This document shows, piece after piece, positions 14,043 through 28,975 of a stretch of DNA of 64,000 nucleotides. The DNA comes from the human T2T-CHM13v2.0 reference genome, Homo sapiens. The stretch lies in assembly GCF_009914755.1 (NCBI RefSeq), contig NC_060926.1. One strand, 5' to 3'. The notes below the pieces were generated by a model. That model saw only the letters and a program-made list of their open reading frames with translations, was not told where the DNA came from and made no database searches. Every line of letters begins with the position of its first letter. The stretch's first letter is position 1. Made by a program: the position numbers and the translations under genes.

Positions 14043-15173
14043 AGATGTGGAATGGCAAGCTGGACACTGGCATCTCTGTATTTCCCCAGAATCAAGGGGA
14101 AGCCCTCCTCCCATAACCAGGAAGGTGAAAGTAGTCAAAAGACTTTGAGGCCCAGCATTCCAGCAACTGCACAGCATTCTAATCTCCCCTGCTTTAATCT
14201 GGGGGCCTCGTCCATGCAGTGGATTAAGAACCCTAAACTACTGTTCAGAAGGAGCTTGACTCACTATTCCAAGGAAAATGAGAAAGCAAAGGGGCTGAGG
14301 AGACGAATGAAGAGCAACAGAATCAGAGGAAGAGATGCAGAGGAAAGAAATGCTGGCTTGAAAATTGGAGTCTGAAATGCAAATGTGCATGTGAATGGGG
14401 GCATGTTAGAGACAACAGAGATTTTAATAAATGGTGCCCACTAGACACACACACACACACCCCAGGCTGCCAGCAACAGACAGGCTAGCCTCTACCTCTC
14501 TTGCTCTTTTGGGTTCTGGAAAAAGGAATCTGGCTTTCAAATACATGCTGAATTTCCCATTGCCATGCCACATCCCTGGTTCTCTACAAAGCATGTAATT
14601 CCAGCTATTTGGCTGCAGCTCAAGAGTCACTGGAGTGCAAAAGTCTTCACATATGTGTTCTTGCTTATTTGCCTGGGTATGAGAGAGAGGATTTCTGAAG
14701 GATCCAGAAATCTAGCATTGATTGGGCAATATGAGGGGTTGCTTGGGACAGCAAGAACAAATAGTGTATGACACACCATGCAGACACATAGTATACACAC
14801 AACACATTCACACACTGCACAGTACATTACATGTATGTCATATATACTATGGGTACAACAGATACACACTGCACACGCACATATAGCCAACTGACCTTAA
14901 GGAAGAGAAACCTAGTATTAGGAATGGTTTGACTTAAACACTTGTGAGGATCTAAGGAAAACTACACATCCTAGGATTATAATGTTTTTCAATCATTCGA
15001 TCCAAGCTCTCCATTTTAAAGTCAAAGAAGTGGGGGTTTAGCTGAAAGTGGGAGCATGTGTTCTCATTCCTAGACTGGAGTTATTTTCTCAGATCTTGGT
15101 CCTAGGGAGGCCCCACTGTGCCTCTACTAGTTTTAGAAATATACATGTGAATTAATACTTCAGCACTGGTTAT

Positions 15174-15197
15174 ACACACACACACACACACACACAC
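15174..15197 (+). repeat. (AC)12 microsatellite
   Basis: Read directly. Confidence 0.95.
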
Positions 15198-16238
15198 TCC
15201 CTTCCTCACCTGTGCAACTACTGTTTTAACTGAACTCTAGAAAAATAACATGAAAAAAATTGTTGCATTCAGATCAGAGCAAGGTGAGAAAATGGACACA
15301 ATCAAGTTCTCTTGTCAGCCAGATGTCCCTCACTTCCCCACACTCAGAGGTCAACCTTCCTTTTGGTGCCCAAAAGACACAGTCCTTGCACCACAGACTC
15401 CAGGAGGCTGGCTTTTCCCTGGATCTTCTCAGGCTCCTTGGGACTCCTCAGGAATGCAAACCCACAGATCTTGCCATACAAGGCTGCTGCCCAGGAGTCA
15501 TGCTAGTCACTTGCCATGTTGTAACTGGCTTCTCCAGGTGACAGACATTCTCCCCTTACTAGTCCCCCCTGAGCTTGGTTGGACAGGGCATGAACCTGCC
15601 TACTCAATTGAGAGAGCTTTGGAATCCTGGAGCCCAGTGAGAGAAAATAACTCATTTCCCCTCATCTTCATCTTCCAGGGCCTCAGGCTGCTTCAAGTCA
15701 GTTAATCATCATCTACAGAGATGCACTCTGCCCACTGTGAGGAACCTCCTACCCCTGTAACCAGGAAGGGTTTCCCCACAGTCCAGCCCCACCCAAGTTC
15801 CTCTGCTGGCTCTTCCCTTCACCATCCCTGCCCCTCTGGGGGCCAAGGACCCCTTTGCTGTAGAGGGGATTAAACGTGCCCTAGGCTCTTGCTGGGGGTT
15901 GAGGAGTCTGTACAGTGTGGTGTGACTGGAGCTCAGTAGTCACTGGGCATGGGACGGTGTCTGCTGTGGTTGATGGACAGAGAAGGACTGCCACGTGGCT
16001 CCTATGCCTGGCAGCAAATGGTGTTCTCACTCAGCTGGTGCCAGATGGTGGGGTCTCCTCATAGGAAGCTCCCCCTAGCTCCCTCCCCTCCAGTACAGGA
16101 GACTCCTGAGTATGCTCCCTGGAGTACAGAGGACAGGCAAGATGGCATCCCTCTCTCATTACTTTCCTTTCTTTGCATGGCATAAACTCTGTGCCCCATG
16201 ACCCTTAAAGCCCTGTCTTCTGATTTGCAAGAACCTGG

Positions 16239-16976
<738 letters not shown>

Positions 16977-18323
16977 CCTGGTTTGGAAGTTTTTAAAACA
17001 GCTCCATATTTACATTTTTTTCTCTTTGTATTCCTACTAAAACAAGCTCACTAAAGGAAGGAACCAGAATGCAAGGGAAGAAAAGAACAGCACAAAGATT
17101 AATATTTCAAGATGTCCTTTCTTTGCACATTTTAATGTAGAGCTCTTCAGAGATTCATTGCCCTAATTTTGGGGTCCAATCTCAGAGTACCCCTGTATGC
17201 TCTTCTCAACGATGACCAGTAACTTGAGAAACCAGGAGGTAGGAAACTTGACCAGGGCCAAATGTGAGAATGAAATCTGATCATGATAAACACCAGAGTG
17301 CCTGACACAGAGCAGAATCTAAACCTCTCTGAACTTCATTTTTATCATCTGCAAAATGTAGATAACTGTTAGGTACAGAGGTTAATTTCATGTGGAAATT
17401 TCATAGCTTGCACATAGTGGATGTTCAATAAATATTCACTAAACTTTAAAACACTTTATTTTTGCAGGAATCTGAATTATGCCCAGTAATGCCTAGGTTC
17501 AGATTAATTATTACAAAAGCAGCACGGTAATTCCTTGTTTACATAGTGTATATAGTGTGTAACTTTCCCCTTTTCCCTGGAGGCCTTAGTATCAGTCTTC
17601 AAATCAAGTACTTGATTTTATGTTCACATTTTTTTTTCTCTTTCAGTTCACAAAGGTGGAAGTGATGGCTCCAGAATCTCTATATAGAAGGTTTCAATTG
17701 GATTAAAAAGAGGCTTGAGACTTGAAGTTGCATTTACATAAAACACAGCTGCTATAAATATTCATGTGCAGGTTTTTGTGGGAACATAAGTCTTGATTTC
17801 TCTGGGATAATAAATGCCCAGGAGTAGAACTGCTGGGTTGTATGGCAGTTGCATGTTTCGTTTTATCAGAAATTGCCAAACATTTTTGCAGAATGACTGT
17901 ATCACTTGACATTCCCACCAGTGGGATCCAGTTTCGCTGCATTTCTCCTCACAGCATTTGGTGATGATGATACTATTTTTAATTTTAGCTGTTCTGATAG
18001 GTGTGTAGTAATATCCCATTGTGACTTTTAATTTGCATTTCTCTAATGGCTAACGGTGTTGAACATCTTTTCAGGTCTTATTTTCCATTTGTATGTCTTC
18101 TTTGGTGAAATGTCCCTTCATGTCCTGTACTCATTTTATAATTGGATTTTTGGGGGTTTTACTATTGAGTTTCAAGAGTTCTTTATATATTCTAGATACT
18201 AGTCTTTGTCAGATATGTGGTTTGCAAATATTTTTTTCTCCCACTCCATAATTTGTCTTTTTGTCCTCTTAACAGGGCCTTTTGCAGAACAAAAATTTTT
18301 ATATTATTATTATTGTACATATA

Positions 18324-18571
18324 TTTTTTGAGACAGGGTCTCACTCTGTCACCCAGGCTGGAGTGCAGTGGCAGGACCTTAGTTCACTCAGCCTCCAGAG
18401 TATCTGGAACTACTGGCGTGCACCACCACGCCCAGATAATTTTTTGTCTTTATGTAGAGACAGAGTTTTACCATGTTGCCCAGGCTGGTCTCAAACTCCT
18501 GAGCTCAAGTGATCTGCTGGCCTCAGCCTCCCAAAGTGTTGGGATTATAGGGGTGAGCCACCATGCCCAGC
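18324..18571 (-). mobile_element. AluJ-type with internal deletion
   Basis: Reverse Alu with part of the right arm missing. Confidence 0.9.
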
Positions 18572-18998
18572 AAAAATTTTTAATTTTGATGAAATCCAAT
18601 TTATTAATTTTTACTTTTATGGATAAGCTTTTGTTGTCAAGACTAAGAACTCTCTGCCTAACCCCAGGTCCTGAAGATTTTTTCCTGTTTCTTTCTAAAA
18701 GTTTCATAATTTTATATTTAGGTCTATAACCCAATTTTTAGTTAATTTTTGTATAATACGTACAACTTAGTTTGAGGTTTTTGTTTTGTTTTGTTTGCTT
18801 ACAGATGTCCTATTGCTACAGCACTATTTATTGAAACATATGTACCATCACTGAACTGCTTTTGCATCTTGTCAAAAATCAGTTGGGCATATTTGTGTAA
18901 GTTTATTTTTGAGTTCTTTTGATTATTATCATTATATAATACATCTTGAAATCCAGTAGACCAATTTCTACTACTTAATTTTCCTTTTTCAAAAAAAA

Positions 18999-19295
18999 TT
19001 TTTTTTTTTTTTGAGACGGAGTCTCACTCTGTCACTCAGGCTGGAGTGCAGTAGCGCCATCTCCGCTCACTGCAAGCTCCGCCTCCTGGATTCACGCTAT
19101 TCTCCTGCCTCAGCCTCCTGAGTAGCTGGGACTACAGGCGCGTGCCACCACGCCCGGCTAATTTTTTTGTATTTTTTAGTAGAGACGGGGTTTCACCATG
19201 TTAGCCAGGACGGTCTCGATCTCCTGACCTGGTGATCTGCCCACCTCAGCCTCCCAAAGTGCTGGGATTACAGGCGTGAGCCACCACGCCCGGCG
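18999..19295 (-). mobile_element. AluY with TSD tcctttttcaaaa
   Basis: CpG-rich, gcaagctccgcc and gttagccagga diagnostics; TSD on both sides. Confidence 0.95.
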
Positions 19296-21354
19296 TCCTT
19301 TTTCAAAATTTTTAATCTATTCTACTTCCTTTGCTTTCTCATATAAAATTTAGAATACTTTTATCTATATCTACAAAATTCTTCTGTGATTTTAATAGAA
19401 ATTGAGTTAACCCTGTACATCAGTTTAGGGATAACCGACATTTTCACTATGTTGTCCTCCAGTCCATGAACATGATATGGCCCTTTGATGTCTTTATTTA
19501 GATCTTTGATGTCTTTCATCAATGTTGTACAGTTTTCACCATAAAGTCCTGTATGTGTCATATTAGATTTATACCTAAATATTTCTCTTTTGTTGAGCAA
19601 TTATAAATGGCATTTTATTTTTAATTTCAGTGTACATGTGTTCATCTCTAGTATATAGAAATATAATGCATGTTATTTTGCATCTTCCATCCTATGACCT
19701 TGTTGAACTTATTACTTCTAGGATTTTTTTTTGTAGATTCCTTGAAATTTTCTGCATAGTCAATCACATTATCTGCATATAGAAATAATTTTATTTCTCT
19801 TTTACTGATCCATATACCTTTTATTTCTTGCATTATTAATTGAATAGAACTTCCAGTACTATGTTGAATAAGAATATTGAGTGTGGACGTCCTTACCTTA
19901 TTCCCAGTCTTAGGAAGAAAGCATCCAGTCTCTCACCATTAAATATAATTGCAATAGAATTATTTTGGTAGATGTTCTTTATCGTGTTGAAAAAGTTCCC
20001 CTTTATTTATATTTTTGGGGTTTTCTTAACCATTAAAAGATGTTAAATGCTCTCAAATACTGTTTCCGCAGCAATTGATATAATCATGTGATTTTTTATT
20101 TCTGTCTGTTAATATGATATATTAAACTGATTTTTGGATATTGAACCAGGCTTACATCCCTGGAATAATCCCCATTTGGTCATGATGTGTAATCATTTTT
20201 ATGTTGCTGAATTCTATTTGCCAGTTTTTAAGGGATTTTTGTATCTATCACAGGAGACATTGTTCTGTAGTTTTTTTTTTTTCACTGTTTTGTCTTGTTT
20301 GGGTATATGGTAAGAGTAACTTCATAAAATTAATGGAGATATATTTCCTCCTTTTGCATATTCTGGGAGAGATTGTACAGAATTTGTATTAATTCTTCTT
20401 TAAACATCTGGTGGAATTCTGTGATGAAAACGTCTGGGACTGGAGATTTCTCTGGGGAGAATTTTAAACATTTCTAATTTAATGTCCTTAAAGTTATAGG
20501 GCTATTTAAATGATCTATTTCATATTGAGTGAGTTATAGTTTTTTTTCAAAGTGTCAGTCCGTTTCACTTCAGTTGTCAAATTTATATATGTAGAGTTGT
20601 TCATAGTATTCCCTTATTATCCTTTTGATGCCTTCAGGGTCTTCCCTGAGGTCTTCAGAGATATGCCATTTTATTCCTGATATTGATAATATGTGCCTTC
20701 TCTCTTTTTTCTTTGTAAGTCTTGATAGAGGCTTGTCAATCTGATTGATTCCTTTAAAGAAACAGCTTTTTGTTTCATTGATTTTCTCTATTGCCTTTCT
20801 GTTTTTGTTTTTATTAATTTCTGCTCTTATCTTTACTAGTTCATTTCTTTGTCTTGTTTTGGGTTTATTCTGCTCCTCTTTTTTTAAGTTTGGTCATGGG
20901 AGCTTAGATTATGTATTTGAGACTTTTCCTCTTTCTAATGTATGCATTAAATTTCCCTCTCAGCATTTCTCTAGCTATGTCCCACAAATTTTGACATGTT
21001 GTATTTTCATCTTCATGTAGTTCAATGTATTCTTGTTTCCCCTTGAGACTTCCTCTTTGACCCATGGATTCTTTAGAAGGGCTCTTTCATCTCCAAGTTT
21101 AACAGAAATGTTATTTCCAAAATAACAGAAAGTTTTCCTTTCTGTTATTTGTTTTTAATTTTATTCCATTGTGTTCAGACAACACACTGTATGATTTACT
21201 TATTTTAAATTGTTGAGGTTTGTTTTATGGCCCAGGATATGATCTATATTGGCATATGATCCACATGCACTTGAAAGGAATGAATTTTCAGCTGCGTTTG
21301 GGTGAAGTGTTCTTCAAATGTTGACTAAATTCTGTTAGTTGATTGTACTGTTGA

Positions 21355-21652
21355 TTTTTTTTTTTTTTTTTTTTTGAGACTGAGTCTCACTCTGTCACCA
21401 GGCTGAAGCGCAATGGCACAATCTTGGCTCACTGCAACCTCTGCCTCCTGGGTTTAAGTGATCCTCCTGCCTCAGCCTTCTGAGTAGCTGGGACTACAGG
21501 CATGCACTACCACACCCAGCTAATTTTTTGTATTTTTAGTGGAAACGGTTTCATCATGTTGGCCAAGCTGGTCTCGAACTCCTGACCTCGTGATCCACCC
21601 GCCTCAGCCTCCCAAAGTGCTGGGATTACAGCATAAGCCACCGTGCCCAGCC
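21355..21652 (-). mobile_element. AluS-type (Sc-like)
   Basis: Reverse Alu with long T tract. Confidence 0.93.
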
Positions 21653-22392
21653 TTGTTGAGTTCTTTTACATCCTTGCTGATTTACTCTCTGGTAGTTGTA
21701 TCAATTGTTGAAATAAAGATATTGAAGTCTCCAACTATAATTGTGGATTTGTCTATTTCTCTGTTCAGTTCTATCAGTTTTTGTTTCACATATTTTTCAG
21801 CTCTGTTGTTTGTTGCATACACATTTAGGATGCTATGTCTTCTTGGTGGATTGACTCTTTTGTTATTATCAATATTCCCTGTCTCTGGTAATTTTCTTTC
21901 TTCTGAAGAGTACTGTATTTGATATTAATATAGTTAATCCTTCTTTTCTTTATTTAATATTTACGTGATTTTTTTTTTCATCCTTTCAGGTTCACCCTAT
22001 ATCATTTTATTCGAAGTAAGTTTCTTCTAGACAGCATATAGTTGGGTCATGTTTTTAATTCACTCTGGCAATCTCTGCCTTTTAATTAGTGTATTTAGAA
22101 AACTTACATTTAATGTAATTATGGATGTTTTAGGGTTTATGTCTGCCATTTTATTTTTTCTCTCTGTTTTTCATCTCTCTGTTTTTTCCCCTCCCTTCTT
22201 TTGGCTTACTTGAATATTCTTTAGAATTCTATTTTGATTTATCTATAGTATTTTTAGTATATCTCTTTATATAGCTTTTATGGTGGTTGCTCTAAGTGTT
22301 ACATCATATACATATAACTTATTATAGTCTACTAGTATCATAATTTTAATAGTTCAAATAAAGGATAAAAACTTTACCTTCCTCTAGATTTC

Positions 22393-22726
<334 letters not shown>

Positions 22727-24374
22727 TGATCATCTTAAATATTCATACATTTTAGAACCATATTATACCGTGTTATTATTTTTGCTTCAACCATACAATG
22801 TAATTTGGAAAACTCAAGATGAGAAGGAAAGCCTATTATATTTACCCATATGTTTGTTTATAGCGTTCTTCCTTCTTTCCTTCCTGATATTACAAGTTTC
22901 CTTCTTTTGTTGTTTCCTCTCTATTTAAAAAACTTTCTTTAGCCATTTTTTTATGGTAGGTTTGCTGGTGACAAATTCTCTTAATTTTCATTCATCTGAG
23001 AATATCTTGATTTTCATTTCACTCCTGAAAGGTAGTTTTGCAAGATGCTGGGTGGATGGTTCTTTTCTTTCAGCACTTGAAAAATGTTGTACCACTTCCT
23101 TCTGGTTCTCCTGATTTCTGACCAGAAATCTGCTGTCATTTTAACTGCTTTCTCCTCTAGGTAAAATGTCCATTTTCTCAGCCTTCAAGATTTTTTCATT
23201 GTCTTTAGTTGTCAGAAGCTTAATTATAATTGTGAGTTGGTGTGAATTTCTTCAGATATATTCTGTTTGGGGTTCACTCAGCTTCTTGAATCTGTAGGAT
23301 TATATCTCTTGCCAAATTCAGAAAGTTTTCAGCCATTATTTTTTAAAGTACATTTTTAGCTCTGTCCTCGTCTTATCTCCTTCCGGGGCTCTGATGACAC
23401 AAATGTTAAAGCTCTTGTTTTAGTCCCACAGGCCTCTGAGACTGTTTCTTTTTCTTCCAGCATATTTTTCTCTCAGTTTTTCAAACAGTAATTTCTGTTA
23501 TTCTTTCTTCTACCTCACTGATTATTTCTTCTATCTCCTCCATTCTGCTGTCTCCTTCATTCTGCTTTTCACTAAGTTTCTTGTTTTCATTCTGTATTAT
23601 TCAGTTCATTTAGTTCTTCTTTGTATGCTTCTATTTCTTCTATTTCTTTCCTGTGACTTTCTGTTTCTTTGCTGAGGTTTTCAACTTTTTCATTTGTTTC
23701 AAGTGTGTGCATGATTGCTATTGCTGCTTTTATCATGGCTGCTTAAAATTTGTCAGATAATTCTAACATCACTGTCATCTCATTGTTGGGTTCTATGAAT
23801 TGCCTTTTTCATTCAGTTTGAGAGCTTTCTGGTTCTTGGTATGATAAGTGGTCCTGGATATGTTCATATTATGAGACTGGATCTTAACTAAACTTGGTTC
23901 TACTGACTTTTTCTGATACAGTTCTGGTAGGTGAAAGAGAGGAATGCTGCCTTATTCTTCCTAGGTGGGGGTAGAAGTCCTGGTTCCCCACTTAGCTAAC
24001 AAATAGTTGAGCATGGAGGGCATCTTTATTGCTGCTGGGCAGGGTGGGAATTCTAGCTCCTCACATGGCCATTAGACACAGTGGTGGAGATGGCCCATTG
24101 CTGCTGAGTGATGGTGAAAGTCCTTACCATTCACTAGGCCCCCTCTGATACCATCCCAGCAAAGAGGGGGAGAGGTACCTCATTACTGCCAGGTGGGGAT
24201 AGAAGTGTTTAATCAAGGTCACAAAGTTAGTGAGTCATGAAGTTGGAATTCAGGCCCAGGCATCTTAGTCTCCAAAGCCCAAGGTATTAACTACACCATC
24301 AAAATGCTGTGAGCTGTGATTATAACTACATACAAATATTTGTATATATATATCCAAAGACTGGAGAGTTATAG

Positions 24375-24715
<341 letters not shown>

Positions 24716-25065
24716 ATCTCGTCCCTTCTTAACATTCCTTGACTGCTCCCATTTGCTTCTTCTTTTGCTTTCTTACTGACTTCTGTGATTTGAAATGCTA
24801 CTTTCTTATTTGCTTCTGAGATTCTGGCGTAGTAAAACTTCCTTCAAGCAAGGAATAAATTCTACTATCCACATACCTGAATGGGATCAAATAATGGCAC
24901 TACATACTGTTTTGTTTCTATTTGAAAGTTAAGCTATTTAAATTCAATAGTTTTCAATAACATTCAAAAGCTGAATGAAGTGAGACCTCTGATTAACAAT
25001 CTTGCATCTATTTGTAAAGTCTCATATCATCAGCCACTCTAAAGTATCTTAATGCCAGAATATTT

Positions 25066-25525
25066 GTGCTGAATATTTTCCATGTTTTTTTCCAGATCCA
25101 CTTACCTTTCTTTTTCATTCCACTTAGGGCTTCAGGTGGCTGACCTTTGTGGATTGCATTAACTGCCTTCTGGCAGTTGGGCTCAACTAATTGGATGCCA
25201 TGCCAAGACACAAGAGGGTGAGTGGAAATCATCAAGGCCAGGATACTCATTTCCTTCCTTCTCTACTAGGTCATCATGCGTTAACTGTCTCCCATTCAAA
25301 GGCCACAGCTCCTGTCTGTCAGCCCTTTCATACAACTATCTGTCTGAGTCCATTACCTTGCGTCCTCCTATGACCTATTCAGGCCTAGAAGTGATACCAT
25401 TGTTGCCAACCCTGGAATACTGCACCATCCCTTGTTAGTTTTCCTTAACATGACCACACCTTTGTAAACGCTCCCTTTGTTGAACACGCCTCACCATGTT
25501 CAAGACTAACATCTTAACTGACAGA
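25066..25525 (+). mobile_element. LTR33-like ERVL solo LTR
   Basis: tgctgaatattttc...ccagatccact...ggctgacctttgtggattgcattaac matches the recalled LTR33 5' end. Confidence 0.65.
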
Positions 25526-26282
25526 ATATCCTATCCAATTCTTCCATTTTCTTTCAACACTCCAAGGGCAACTCCCATAAGTCTTTCATTTTTCAAAGTA
25601 AACAAATGTTTCATCAACAAGTTAACCTTTGTACTAATATCAATAATACTCTGAGATGCAATCAGTAAAACAAATATTCAATATTTAGCCTAAACTGTTA
25701 TTTTAAAAAACAACACACAAATTAAGCAACAATGAACTTAGTACATTGCCAGTCAGTTCCCATTATACTGGCAAAAACATAAAAAATGACATTACTAGTT
25801 GGTGAGGAGATGGTAAAGCTGGTACATATACTTGAAGTATATTCTTACTTCAAGAGGTATAATCTTTGAAAACTATGTTAATTGGTATAACCTTTGAAAA
25901 GCCATTCAGCAATATATTTTGAAAATCATTCACTATACTTTTGATCCAATAATTCCGCTGCTGAATAGTTCATCCAAAATAAAGTAATTTTAAAAAGTCA
26001 AATGGCTTGGGAAGAAATAGATAAATAAATAAAATTAAATGGCTTAGGAGAAAATAGGTAAATAAAATTAAAGGGCTATATTAGTGTTTAAGTTAATTTA
26101 ATCATTATTTAAAATAAAACAGAAAACAACACTGGAAGCAACTCAAATATCCACTTACTGAAAAATTGCTGAGCAAATAAAATAAGAAAGTTAAGTAACA
26201 ATAAGAGAACATTCTTATTATGTAATGCTAAACTGAAAAGCATACTACAAAATTGTAGTGATGCTATATCTATGTAAAATGA

Positions 26283-26612
<330 letters not shown>

Positions 26613-26724
26613 CAGTTGATTTTTTTAAGATGATAGGATTATGGTTGATTATTATTTCTTTTCACTTATTTTGTCTGTACAGCTAATTTTTAAATGGGGG
26701 TTAAAGGACACTTCACTAAGATAA

Positions 26725-26910
26725 TAATCACTACCATGTATGTACCATATTATACACCATCATACAGCATTTACATATGTTAGAAGGCTACTGCATGAGG
26801 CAGTGTAATCCTCATTTTAGACATGAGGAAACTGAGGCTCTGAGAATTAAACAAACTTGCTCAAGAACACAGTGGAAATAAGAAGTAGAGCACAGAGTCA
26901 AACCCAAAGC
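26725..26910 (-). mobile_element. MIR
   Basis: cctcattttagacatgaggaaactgaggctctgaga core. Confidence 0.8.
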
Positions 26911-27069
26911 CTGCAGCACATAGCTGTCTGCTGTAAGATCTGGCTGAAAGGACTGGACCCTAAATCAGTGCACCCTTCCGGAGGCTTCCCTCCCCGATTG
27001 TCATAACAGGGGAGGAAAATTCTTGACTGTTCTGTTTCTCTGACCATCCCCACTGAATCTCAAGATCCT

Positions 27070-27550
27070 GACTGCCGGAATGCAGGCATCCCCATGTCTC
27101 AATTCTTGGCTTTTCCCTCTTTCTACCTCATCCCTCAGAAAGTTCAGCGATCTCCAGAGCTATAACTACCATTTCTCTGTGGATCTAGACCCCTTCATTC
27201 TCCTGTATTTAAAATCTGTATTTTCAACCACTTGGTAGGGGTTCTTATATGTTTGCATTTCAACCTAAACATGTCCAAGACCAAGCGCCCACTTCCCTCA
27301 CAATGCTGCCTTGCCTCCTAACCTTCAACGTCCTTTAGTGATATGATCATTCTCCCCAGTAACCCAGGCAAAAACCTCTTTGAATTTCTCCCTGTTCTTT
27401 TCTATCCTCACATTCTGTCACTTGCCAAGGCATGTATTTAACAGATTCTTGCTTCACTTTGTCTATGCATCCTTCTCATCTTTGTCATTCCCACTGCCTC
27501 AATCCAAGTTCAGGCTCATTAACTTTCAACTGGACTATCATAATCCTCAG
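27070..27550 (+). mobile_element. LINE-2 fragment
   Basis: caacctaaacatgtccaagacc and similar L2 motifs; pyrimidine-rich. Confidence 0.55.
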
Positions 27551-28657
27551 AAATTAGTTTGGACTCATAAATAACCCCACATTAGCTTTTGCCTTGCAAT
27601 CACACACATATGCACACACACACACACGTGCACATGCATGCACACACACATACTCCCAGGCCCAACTCGCACCTACTGAATCAGAACCTTTAAAAGTACA
27701 ATGAAGTCAGGGAATTTTTTTAAATCTCCAAGTGATTCTGATATAAAGCCAGGTTGAGGAGACCCTGACCTATGGTTCCTTGCCTCTAGTTCTTTTTTCA
27801 AAAACCCTCCTTTCCAAATTTTAATCTAGATTGTACATTGTTTTCAGATAAACCTTTCGAAAACATATGCTTACATAACTCTTTTCACAGACCTCCACTG
27901 GCTCCCCCTAAAGCACCTTCTGAAGTGTATACCTCCTAACAGCTATAATCCAGGGAGGAGTCCTGCATTAAGTTTAACCAGTTTTTTTAAATACAGAACT
28001 CCTCAGCTTTTATTATGCAATTATATGGTGTGAATTTTCAAGAGGGAGGGATATAGCATGTGTAGTTCTCAAACTTACCTGACCCTGGAACGTTCTCTTG
28101 TGAAACATCTCATTGCCCTGAGGTTCTGAGGAAGCTTCCAGGAAAGGGTAGCCTATAAGATAAATTCCAAACTCCTAAACCTGGCCCCAAGGTACCCTAT
28201 ACCCAATCTGCCTTTCCAATCTTGTCATGTGCATGAGTCCCAAACACCCTACTCAGATGAAGCTATTTGCTGTTCTACCAATACTTAGTGTTCGCTCTCA
28301 GTTGAGGTGGACAAAGCATTATGGCAAAAGTCAAACGGAAATCCGCCACTCTGGATACTTTTCCTCTCAATTCACAGGCCCATTTCTATTTACCAACTAA
28401 AATGTATGTTTACATGATTTAGACTAGAGCCTTAACTGAAAAAAAAAGTCTAGGTTCTCCCTTTATGCTAAAGAATGGTATCAATAATGTGCCCACATAT
28501 TCACTGCACATTCACAGATGTGTGCACACTAAGTAAGCTTGATTATTTGGTGTTACAGGGTAAGAAACTGATTTTTGTTTTTGATGCTCTTATTTGTTTA
28601 CTAAAGAAACTTACAAGATTGGATTGCTGGGGGGGGAGGAGAGGAAGAGAGAACCTA

Positions 28658-28975
<318 letters not shown>

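Noticed and set aside
15250-15705. 151-aa ATG ORF
   Set aside because: No recognisable homology or coding-like composition.
18217-18729. 170-aa ORF and other ORFs containing LSPRLECSG / [10 protein letters not shown] / [10 protein letters not shown] peptides
   Set aside because: Standard antisense-Alu translations inside repeats.
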